From assembly GCF_000315625.1 (NCBI RefSeq), contig NW_005434467.1:37169-79109 (forward strand): a DNA stretch of 41,941 nt, read 5' to 3'. Below the pieces are notes generated by a model, which worked only from the letters and a program-made list of their open reading frames with translations, did not search any database and was not told where the DNA came from. This document shows positions 1 through 10,900 of the stretch, piece after piece; position 1 is the stretch's first letter, and each line of letters opens with the position of its first letter. Source of the stretch: Guillardia theta CCMP2712. Its lineage: Eukaryota; Protista; Cryptophyta. Made by a program: the position numbers and the translations under genes.

Positions 1-1658
1 TCTTCCCCACAAAGTCCTCGATCGTCAAGCTCATCGTGTTCGCGTTGATCTTCAGCTCCAGCACCTTCACCCGCCTCCCCTCTACCTCCCTGTACCGCGG
101 CGTCTTCACCACCTCCAGGTACGACAGCGGCGGATACAGCATCTCCCCCTCCCCCGGATACTGAGACACAAACGTCAAGCTCGCCCCCCGGTCGATCGCC
201 CCGCAGCTGATCTCGAACACGATCGACTCTCCCTCCTCCCCGGCGTACTGCATCGCCGTCCTGACGTCTGTCGTCGTGCTCAGCAGCCCGTACTCGACTC
301 CTCCGGACACCCCGAGCTTGTCCTCGTTGAGGAAGCTCTCCGGCAGCCTCATCCCCTTCAGCCCCCTCCACACCCGCAGCCCCTCCGGCAGAGGCGTGTG
401 ACGAGACAGCTTCACGACCCCGCTGACGATGCAGTGGATGGTCGTCGTGTACTTGTTGGGGACCTTGTTGGAGTCTCGGAGGAGCTCGTTGGGAGCTCGA
501 AGAACAGAGTTGTACTTGAAGTACATCGGCCCTGTCATAGCAAGCCTCTTGTCAGCCTTCTCACGCTCTCTTGCTCCTCTCTTCTCCCCCATGCTCCATC
601 TCCCTCTCTCGCTATCTCTCTCCCTTACCTGTGTAGAGCTGCAGCGCGATCAGCTCCGCCTCCTGTAGCCCCGCCTTGATCGCCGTGTCCAGCCCCTTCA
701 GCTCCTCCATCCCTCGGATCACCCGCGTCCCGTCCGACAGCCTCTGCCTCCTCTCCGGGTCTGTGACGTTGAGCCACTCCTCCTTGGCAGTCGTCGTGAT
801 GTTGTAGTTGCTCGTCGTGAACGCTTCCTCCGCGTCCTTGCCCTTGCAGTGCTCCTCCTCTATCGCCTTCATCAGCTCCGTCTGAGGTAGCCCGATCCGC
901 TCCATCAGCCCCCCGTAGTACTCCTCGATCTTCCCGTACACGGCCTCGCGTACCTCCGCAAACTTGCTGTTGTGCGACGTCGGACCGTCTCCTCCCGCCC
1001 GCCCTCCTGCCTCCGCCGGCCTCCTCAGCGCCTCCTCGAGCCTCCTTGCTATCGCCGTCTGCCATAAAGCCGATAGAGCGCTCTCCGTCATCCCCTGTAG
1101 CCCCGCAAGAGGACTCGCCGCGCTCCCGCCGGGGATGCACTCCGCCATGACTCGGAGGATGTTGAGGTCGCCGAGGCTGCTGGCCTTGCGCTCGAGCTCC
1201 CACTCTCTTGCGACTCTGACCTCGTAGTCGTCGTACGAGAGCTTGTCAGGGCTGAGGGCTGACGCGTCGACGCCGAGAGCCATGCGGAGGTTGTTGAGAA
1301 TCGTTTTGTAATCCTCGGAGTCTCGAGGGGTCTGAAAGAGCTTCTTGAGGTCAGAGCTGATGTCGTCGGGGATAGTCCAGCTGGTCGTTTGCTGGGCACT
1401 AGCTGGTGGATCAGCCGTGGGATGGCTGATTTGAGATTTGATCTCGATGTCTGTCTTGTTTGACGGCTGAGTCGTAGGGCTGGAGATGCTTGACGGGACT
1501 CCTTGAGGAGCTGGGGGATCTTTGACAGTCTGCTTTCTCAGCTCGGCCTCGAGCTCTGAGATCCTTCTTGTCGCTTCTTCCAACCTCTGCTTGAGTAGCG
1601 AGTCATCATGACCCTCCTCGGGTTTCACTTTGGACGAGAAGCAGGGGAAGCAACTCAT
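1..1658 (-). CDS. Mono-ADP-ribosyltransferase (ARTC / R-S-E class) domain protein; two exons (1658-629 and 531-<1), 3'-partial
   Basis: The ORF 612..1658 ends ...LQLYTG at a donor (ACAG|gtaag, intron begins at 628). Splicing to a cag acceptor at 532 continues in frame as GPMYFKYNSVLR...KYTTTIHCIVSGVVKL...LRVWRGLKG...VEYGLLSTTTD...AMQYA...FEISCGAIDRGA...SQYPGEGEMLYPPLSYLEV, open to base 1. The R (VWRG), STT and ExE motifs are the ARTC catalytic triad. Confidence 0.85.
532..628 (-). other. Spliceosomal GT-AG intron (97 nt) in the ART gene
   Basis: gtaagg donor, gctgac branch-point-like motif and cag acceptor. Removal restores the YTGPMY motif in frame. Confidence 0.85.
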
Positions 1659-3079
1659 GTCCCTTTCTCAGCCCAGGGAGAAACCTGGTACAGGAGCTTG
1701 CATCAGCCGGCTTCAGATATCCTCTGTCCTCCACCACTCTCTCCCTCCCTCGTTTCACGTCTCTCTGTCTTGGATCTTCCTCTGTTTGTGGTTCGGTTTA
1801 CACCACAACGATCGGATTACAGAGCAGCTCAGCTTGTGTTGTACACCTGAGGCTTTCTGTCTATACACTCTGATCCTACTGCCTGCAACTGCAACACCAA
1901 GAGCGTATCAGTCGCCTGCTCTTTCAGAGCTTATCAAGTATTCACCTCAACAAGTGCCGTCTATTCTTGATCATAAGACCTATCACTCATTCTGACTTCC
2001 CCTCTCTTGCTCACTTATCCATGCAGGTCTTATTCTCTTTCGAAGTTCTGCCCTGCTTCCGACTCTGCCTCCTTCTCCCCCGCCGTCTCCTTTCTCCCTT
2101 TCAATGACTGTTCGTAGAGAGAGAGGAAAAACGACAGCGAGGGAAGAAAAGACAAGGAGAAAGAAAGAAATAAGACGATCAAGAGAGAAAGCTTCACTAT
2201 CCTTTCTTGACAAAGAAAGAGAGGGACCAAGACCGCCGAAAAAAATTATCAAGCACAGTGAAGGTTTCCTCTCTCCTCNNNNNNNNNNNNNNNNNNNNNN
2301 NNNNNNNNNNNNNNNNNNNNNNNNNNNNNNNNNNNNNNNNNNNNNNNNNNNNNNNNNNNNNNNNNNNNNNNNNNNNNNNNNNNNNNNNNNNNNNNNNNNN
2401 NNNNNNNNNNNNNNNNNNNNNNNNNNNNNNNNNNNNNNNNNNNNNNNNNNNNNNNNNNNNNNNCCTCCCGCTCTCCCCCTTCATCCTCCTGCCATATTTC
2501 CCGCCCAACCACCCCTCTACATGGAGCCCTACCCTAGTCGTATACCACCCTGTATAATCCCATGGTTTCAGCCTATCAGGTACGGGTGAGCAACACCAGC
2601 CTACCCTACCTGTTGATGTATTTTGCACTGCCCTACCCCACCCCCAGAAGCCCCAGGTTTCCGCTAGTCATCGTAAGGGGTGGACGCGCTAATTGGAGCA
2701 ACGGATCCGAGGCGGACTGCTGCTAGGCTGATCGGACCGTACGGTAAAAGACAACGTGACTCAGTGACGGTCACCGGGCCCGGGGTACAGTGACTGCGGC
2801 TGACTGTGCGGGCCCTGACTCAGCGGCCCTGGATCCCGACGAATGAAATGGAAGCCCAGGATGATCCGAGCGATGGCTCACGGGTGCCGAGTCGAAGCCT
2901 TCTCGCTGGGGGCCCGGAGCCTGAGCCTTGAAGCCCAGGATGATCGCTCTTAACGGGCTTGCGACTCGGATGAGCCGCACGGGCCGCGCCGGGCCCTCGA
3001 TCAAGAGGCTTCTGCTGACCTGACGCCCGGCCTGCGGAAGGCATCAAGGTCAAGACACGCGGCAGCTCTCAGTCTGAGC

Positions 3080-3624
3080 GAGGCTGCGAGAGCAGAGCTC
3101 CAGCTGGAGCACAGCAGCATCAAGCGAGCATCAGTGAGCGCAGAGGCATCAGAGCCTTGACTTGGACTCCAGCTCCCCTCAAGCCGCTCAAGCACCACGA
3201 GCACTGTAGAGGAGCTTGGAGGCTAGCTTCCTTCTCCTCTCATGCCCCTCCGTCCTCCCGCTCCCTCCCTCCCCTCCCTCCCTCCCTCTCCTCACCGCAC
3301 ACACTCCCCTCCCCTCCTCCTGCTGTTCCTCCTCCTCTCTCCTCCATCGCTCCTGCCGCTGTTGCCTCTGCCCCTCCTCCCCGTCGACCTTGTCCGTCAG
3401 AGCTCTGAGAGCGTCAGCTACTCTTCATCCGCGACCTCCGTCACCGCCGATTTCCATGTCAGCTCTCTCCCTCTCCTCGCATCTTTCTCTCCCTCATCAG
3501 ACCTCCCAGCAGCACCCCAGCACAAGTCCTGGCTACCTCTCCAGCTGCTGGGCACATGCCTCTGTCTCGCTCCTCTTTCTCACACCCTACCTCATGCTTG
3601 GATGGGTTGGAACCCCTCGCATGC
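3080..3624. repeat. Dispersed repeat family A (non-coding, CT-rich)
   Basis: 3148-3624 aligns with ~35998-36395, and 3080-3185 aligns with ~29444-29560. All share cagagccttgacttggactc. Confidence 0.8.
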
Positions 3625-3683
3625 CCACTATCATATCTTTTGAATGACAGAGAAAGAAAAGGCAAACTGGAGCAAACATGCAA

Positions 3684-4350
3684 GAGGAGGATAAACCCTA
3701 CAAATCCGCCTCAACAAGACACCAGGAAACGGAGGAGGCAGCAATAACCGCTAATCCAACCACGCAAGCGACGGCATGCACGGCAAGCAGGGGAACAAGG
3801 ATCAGGACAAAGAGCAGTAGCGCAAGGCTCCTGTTTAGTTTTGAACTGTCAACCACTTGTTCCATCGATGCATTCATGCGGTTGCAATGCTATGCTGATT
3901 GGATGCGGATGCGAAGGTTGCGTTGCACTCATATGAGGTTCCAGCATCCGGCATATTGCATTAGAGAGACTGCTGCAATATGCCTGATGCTGTGAATGCA
4001 GAACATCAACAACATGAAACGTACAGTATGAAATCTTCCTCACCGACGGCTGCTCATTTCGTGAGCATCGTGTCCTGGGTTTCGCGCCGTGCGTGCAAAA
4101 TGCAACATGTCCTCGTTGAACACACAACAGGAAAGCTTTCAGGAACACAATCTTGTTGCCCAAGTGATTGTTCAACAATCGGAGGGTGAGCTCATGTGTG
4201 CAGGCTGGCATGAATCTATGCTGGCAGGATGATAGTTCATGTTATGTTGTCAACAAGGAAGAGGAGGATAAACCCTACAAACCCGCCTCAATAAAAACAC
4301 CAGGAAACGGAGGAGGCAGCAAAACCGCTACTCCAACCACGCAAGCGACG
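3684..4350 (+). repeat. Pair of ~90-bp direct repeats (3684-3773 and 4261-4350)
   Basis: gaggaggataaaccctacaaa...caccaggaaacggaggaggcagc...ccaaccacgcaagcgacg occurs twice with few differences. Confidence 0.85.
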
Positions 4351-4874
4351 TATATAGTAGTAGTATCGGAGGACGTGCCCCTGCCATGGAAGTTTGTGGT
4401 TTGAAATATTGTGCAACAATAAAATTGACAAAAAACCAATGGAAAAATATAGAACCTAATTCGAATCCTACTTATTAANNNNNNNNNNNNNNNNNNNNNN
4501 NNNNNNNNNNNNNNNNNNNNNNNNNNNNNNNNNNNNNNNNNNNNNNNNNNNNNNNNNNNNNNNNNNNNNNNNNNNNNNCCATAGCACTGCTCACGTCGGC
4601 TTTTACCGGAGCAGTTTAAGTAAAACTTTAGTACCTACAACGTGCTGAGACCTGTACACCGGAAGCCTGGGGGTGACCCGTCCTGCTGACCGTTACNNNN
4701 NNNNNNNNNNNNNNNNNNNNNNNNNNNNNNNNNNNNNNNNNNNNNNNNNNNNNNNNNNNNNNNNNNNNNNNNNNNNNNNNNNNNNNNNNNNNNNNNNNNN
4801 NNNNNNNNNNNNNNNNNNNNNNNNNNNNNNNNNNNNNNNNNNNNNNNNNNNGGGTGCCAGAGAGGCTGTACGCC

Positions 4875-4927
4875 ATGGCTGTTGGGCAGCAGGTTGTTGA
4901 CGTTGCTTGCAAGGTTATGATGATGGA

Positions 4928-4964
<37 letters not shown>

Positions 4965-7900
4965 ATGATGATGGAGATGATGATGATGATGGAGATGATG
5001 ATGATGGAGATGATGATGATGAAGGTAACTCCCCAGTAAAGGCGTGTGTAACTGTTCGACAGGTGGTGGTGTTGATTCTCCTACTCATGAGCACGGCTTC
5101 TCTCGCCGCTGTGTCCACTCTACATGGGATGAAGTACACAGTCGCTGAGACGGCTCAGCTGCACATGGAAGGAGGCATCACCGATCTGAAAGCGACCGAC
5201 ATGAAGATCTATTGGGGTTCTCTGGGAGCTTGGAGTGAAGGGAATGACATCCTGACATCCGACTCTGTCATCGAAGTCTACCTCCCGCGGTTTTCAGGTG
5301 GATCGAACCTGTTCGGTGCATACCGGTCTGGCGGTGCCGAAACGAATGTCCAGTGGATGAAGCAGAGTCAAGTCGTTACCATATCTGAAAGCCTATCCAA
5401 GACGTGGGCAACCGTTCCATCTCCTGTTTCCAACCAAGCCGCATCCGGAAACGGTCCTGGGGCCGGGGGATGCTTCGGAATAACACAAGACCTCTCGTCC
5501 AACGCGTTCGATCTCAAGCAGATACGTGCAGATTCCTTCTCCATGTGCCACTGGGACTCACAGAAAGAGACGCTCCGTCTGCTGGTGTCTTCGTCGCGTC
5601 GCATCACCGGTGTATACATCAGCAAGGTGTCGCTCTTTCAGAACTATGACGCTCATGGCAAGCAGAACGGTCTCGGTCCCTTGCCACCGATAGGAGGGAT
5701 TGACGAGCAGTGGTATCAGTTGGCGCATGTTGCCATCTATCAAGCCTCTGGCTCTCTGAGAGGCTGCGCCGTCAGCTCTATCAGCGACTTCCCGTCGACG
5801 TCATGCGCGAGCGATCTCCTGGTGTATCAAGTTCCCTTCGATCAGTATCGATCTGTCAGGTTTGGGACGGACCTTCCTCCAATCCCCACACGAAAGGGAG
5901 CTGGAGGCGTCGGCACAGTAGCGCCTCCATCCTTCGTCTATGCCGCAGCGTCTGGAAACAACGATGGGCCGAATCAAGCCGTGTGTATCACCGTCACGTT
6001 AGTCAGCTCCTCCACCATCTACTCCGTCGCTGCCAACCCGACCATGATCTCCCTGACTGGCCTGACGGGAAGCTTGTCGCCAAGTCAGTACATTCCGCTT
6101 TTCCAGAGCAAGTGTCAGTGCGAGGGGTCGAGCACAGCACAGGAGCTCATGCCTCCGAGGTTTCGAACCTCCACAAGCACGCAGGCTGTTGGTCAGGCAG
6201 AGTTCCATGCCGAGGGGACCTTGACGCTGCAGCTTATTCCGGGTCAGTACATTCAAGCGGGAGAGGTCGTGACTTTCTCCTTCAGTTTGAATACTGGTGG
6301 GAACCCCCAGACCTCCCGGGACTTGAGAGTTTCATTGTCGGGTCAAAGCTGTTCGACGAACGACTTCTGCACGTCATCCAGCTCTGTATCGGTTACGATC
6401 CCTCCTAGGAAGTTTGACTCCTCTTCCAAGATCTTGGAGGTAGTTGGCAACAAGTTGAGAGTGTCCATGTTTCAGAGCTCCAGCGATCCTGGCTCTATGA
6501 CCAATGTCTTTGTAACCTTGCAACCCAACTTCAACGTTGAGGTTGGGTCGGTGATAAGCTTTCAAGGAGTCTGCGGCACACAAACGAACACTGCTTACGT
6601 AGCTCTGATGAGCAACAGGCTAAATGGTGGAACCCCGTTGACTGACAAGTGCACTGGAAACCCCAAGGAAGTCGACCTGGCAGACTACTGGCCCAGTACA
6701 AGGCTAGATTGGAGCATAGGAGGGCCTCTAAAATTGACTCTAGAGCACAGCCTCGGCCTCAATGCTCGAGGGACCTATGCCCTGTCCTGGTCATGGCAAA
6801 ATGTCAACACGGCAAATTCGGCCTGCTCCCTAACGGTGACTGTGCACAAGGGAGGAAACGTCGTGAACGCTGAAGTAGTGGAGAACATCGGGAGTACGGT
6901 TGGCAACGTGGCTCCTCCTGGCTTCATCAAGTACAAGATAGGACAGACTACCACTCGCCCGGATACGACCAACTATATCTGTGTCACGCTCAGAAGCAAC
7001 TTTCGAATCTCAACGCAGCCCATCTCACAAGGTCAGAACACTCTGGCTCAGATTACAATGTCAGGTCTGCATGGCTCCCAGACAGGCAAATCGCCAATCA
7101 TCAGCGCATGTCCGACCTTCGACTGGAACTTGTTCCAGCTGCGTCCTGTGGCTGATCCTCCAACTGCGCATTTCGTGGACAAGGTCGTAGGAGGGACGCT
7201 GCATCGGACCACAAGCTGGGCTTCGGGATCAGCTGTGTTGACTGTCAATCAGGATGATAAGGCTGGCAATGCTTACTTCTCCATCCCCCAGCAGCAGGAT
7301 GTTGTGTTTGCGCTAGTCCTGAAGAACCCAAAGGGTCCCAACCCCTGCCAGTCAGTGTCCCTGAGCCTCTCAGCTCATGGACCAGGAAACACTCCGGTTA
7401 CGCAGACCGTTACAATGGTTCAAAACCCTCTTGATAGAGCCTTGGAGGATGGAGAGGTCGATGGGGATGTCTGTGTTCTCAAGACTTACGACTACAACTT
7501 CCCGACGAGAGTCATCGCGCAGTCGTCGCCTGTCGTACAGGAGAGCAACGTCATCACCATCACTCTGCGGTCTAACATGAACATGTTGAGTAGCTTCTAC
7601 GGCTCTCAGATCACCATCTCTGGTCTGCAGGGTACAGACACTACGGGCACAAGCTTGTTGGCGACTGCGGTTTCAGACCAATACTTCCCGAACATTCAGA
7701 AGACAAGTTGGGATGCCAGTCAAGGCAAGCTAGTAGTCTATCTCGCCCAAGGGACCTGTCAGCTACCTGTCAAAGGCCAGCCCTCTTACTGTATCTATGC
7801 GGGCTGGACCTATGTATGGCGTTACACCTTCAAGAATGGAGCCGCAGAGCAAGCAAGCCCGGCTGTGTCCATCTCATCTCAGTTTGCTCAAGGGAGGATT

Positions 7901-10900
7901 ACCAACCCACAAGTCATGACTTCGCCGATGAGCTCCGACTTTCATGTCCTCTACATGACCAGAAACCTTCTCAACAAGTACAACATCGGACAGTTGAATC
8001 CTGCTCCTGGAGCTGTCAATCCTGTTTGCATCACCTTGAGAGCAAGCAAGACGATCACTGCCCCTACCACCTTCACCCTCACAGGGTTAAACATGTTCTC
8101 CTCCAGCACCAACGTTGCCTTGTACGACGAGTACGCGACTGCCCCGCTTGCCGGGGGGTTGTTCCAGACGGTCGGAGCAAACCCGCAGAGCAACTACGCG
8201 ACGTACGATCAATCAACGATCCGGTTCCAGCTGGGTCCATCGCAGTCTCTTCAAGAGAGTGTAAAGTACAAGTTTTGCTTCAGGCTCACTAACGCCGTCA
8301 CGGGTCATGCCACCTGTCCTCAGGTCTCGTTGATCGTCGATTCGCATTCTGCACCAGCGGCGTTCAAGGGGTCGCAGGCGTATCTGTGCAACAACGAGGC
8401 GAGCAGGAGGGTCACAGGCTACCCCTCCGAGCCCTCAGGGTGCGCTGGTTACGTCTCAGATCGCAAGTTCGTATCGTCAACCCTCCGGTCAGGGTCAAAC
8501 GTGACTGCAAGTACTGCGTGGCTGACGATGGAGCTACAGCCCAACTATCCTCTCACCCCTGGCCACACAATCACCGTTGGCTCGTTCCTGAGCATGAAGA
8601 ACGCGGGGTCGTCGGACGTGCCATGTACGATAGTTCGCAATGGCCAGGTGGTCAACTCTGTCACCAATCAGCACAGTAACAAGGGAATCTTTGCTGCTGC
8701 TACGTTCGAGAGTGTTTGCAAGTTCATCGACAACCAGATCAAGATTTCTTACACGGGGGGCCAAGGCTCGTCCTCCAGTCTGGTCTACGACCCATATTAC
8801 GACGTGACTGCTCGCCGATCGAGGGGTCTGTACAAGGTGGAGGTGATGGCCGGGGGCTCTCAGTATGGAGCTGCCAGCGTCATCATCTGTGACATCACGC
8901 CTGGCGAAGAGTTCTGGACCAAGACGACCTGCACAGATGCTGGAGTAGTGTTTGCTGCTGGCAGCTCAGCCAGGGCACAAGCGACCGTCTTGTCTGGCAC
9001 TGTTGTCTCCATCAATCTCACGGCGTCGGGATCAGGCTACGCTGTCGCTCCCCGCGTGTTCATAGTCGACCCTACAGGGTCAGGCAGGGGTGCTCTAGCA
9101 AGAGCCTTTGTATACGACTTGTCCATCTACACGGTGCAGCTTCAGCTTGTCAATCAGAACACTCCTGCCCCTGCTGGAAGCTTCACGGTCTCGTCTCAGT
9201 CGTTTGTACCTGCCGCTTTAGACAGCGGGGATGGAGCTCTATCCAAGTCAAGCTTGAAGCTTCATGATCACAATAGCTCTCAGGTTGTCTTCACTGTCAC
9301 TCCCCAACACAACCTCTACGAGGGTGACATGCTCCTCGTCAACCTGCCGGCATATGACGTCATCACTGGGCCGATCTTTGGAGTTACCTCCTCCCCCAAC
9401 CCAGCCTTTACGACCTTCTCGACCCAGCTGGAGTGGGAGCTGAACTACCACGAGAAAGATCGGGCTCGAGCTTACGTCAGCAACGGCTGGGTAGCGGATG
9501 GCAACAGGCATCGCTCGGGAGACGGAGACGTTGACGGCTTGTTCGTGCTGTCGCCAGAGGATGATGGCTACAACAAGAACAAGGACCTGTGCTGGAGCCG
9601 AGTCTCCTGCCCTTGGGGCTTCCCGGACAGCGACATCACCTTCTCGAACCCATCCAGCACTTTGTCACTAGTCAAGGTACAGAGTACTTCTTCGTTTCTG
9701 GGCCACTCGCACGACATCTGTTACAAGAACAGCAGCTTCAACCTGCCCCATCCGTCAGACTACGTCGGTATGCAGCTCAAGTGCCGCAACAACCAGCACC
9801 AGGCGACCGACGGAGGTCAAGTCACCAGCGTGCGAGTGCGACATGGCGGGCTGACGGCCGTCAGCGGGAGGTACACAGAGACTTCAAGCATCTCCGCTGC
9901 AGCACCGACGTTTGTGGCAGCAGCAGCTGGTGCAACCAGTCAAGCTACCGGGTCGCTGATGTACCAGGTGGTTGGAGTTCAGTACATGTCAGGCAGCTCC
10001 TTGACAGATGGTGACGTCATTGTGTTTGACTCGACCTACCAAGTGTCGCCTGCCGCTGCCTCTGTCTCGTCCCTCTACAGCACCAGCCCAGCTGTGCATG
10101 TCGCGTCTCCCGGCTTGTACTCAGGCTTCCCGTACGCGACAGTCACTGGCAAGGACACGCAACTTCAAGTGCTGCTGAGCGTATCGAGCGCCAGCCTGTC
10201 CTCTCAAGGCAGCGGATACACTTCCATCCCAACCGTTACAACCTCCCTCAAGCCAAGTGTTGCTCTGCCTTCCGAAGTCCAGCAGCTGGAGCTTCCCGTG
10301 TTTGACGTGACGGTGACAAATGCTACCGGCACTGTCATCACCCAGTCTATCCTCGACTACAACCCAGCTAGACAATGCTTCGTGGTGGCGGAAGAGTTTC
10401 CGACTTCCTTCTTGAGCGACTGTCAGGTCGTGCCCAAGGAGCAGGTCGGTCGGTACACCGGCATGACAGCGATGATCGGGTCCAACGAGTACGTCATCAA
10501 GCAGGGAGCAGGTGGCGTCTACTGGGTGGCAGACCTCAAGGGCAACAAGCCCCGGAGCGTCGACCTGGCCAACAAGCCCTACACCATCTACACGCAGCTG
10601 CAGCTGCAGGTGGCGAAGGGCAAGTGGATCCGACAGGGCGAGAGCGTCAGCATCAGCATCCCCGGCTACCGGTTCAAGTCGGTCCCTAGCAACCCCAACG
10701 CGTTCGTCACTCCCTCTACGGATGACGCCTCCAAGACCATCCGAGAGAGGACGAGGTTTCAGTTCGCGACGCCCATCAGCGTTGGCAACGTTGGTATGGC
10801 AGGAGCGACGACGGCAAGGATGCTGATGTTTGGTGGGGCCATCTCAAGCAGCGACACCTGTACCATCCCGGGGAGCGACATAGAGGCCCCTCAGACCTCC

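Noticed and set aside
2104-2628. ORFs spanning N gaps (also near 4628-4912, 21309-21596 and 36848-37818)
   Set aside because: They are open only because N runs contain no stop codons.
2700-3005. GC-rich palindromic stretch as a structured ncRNA
   Set aside because: Only short palindromes and a duplicated 16-mer; no recognisable RNA family.
4907-5024. Poly-Asp N-terminus of the giant protein
   Set aside because: It relies on a TTG start. A spliced model from ATG 4875 gives a better signal peptide.
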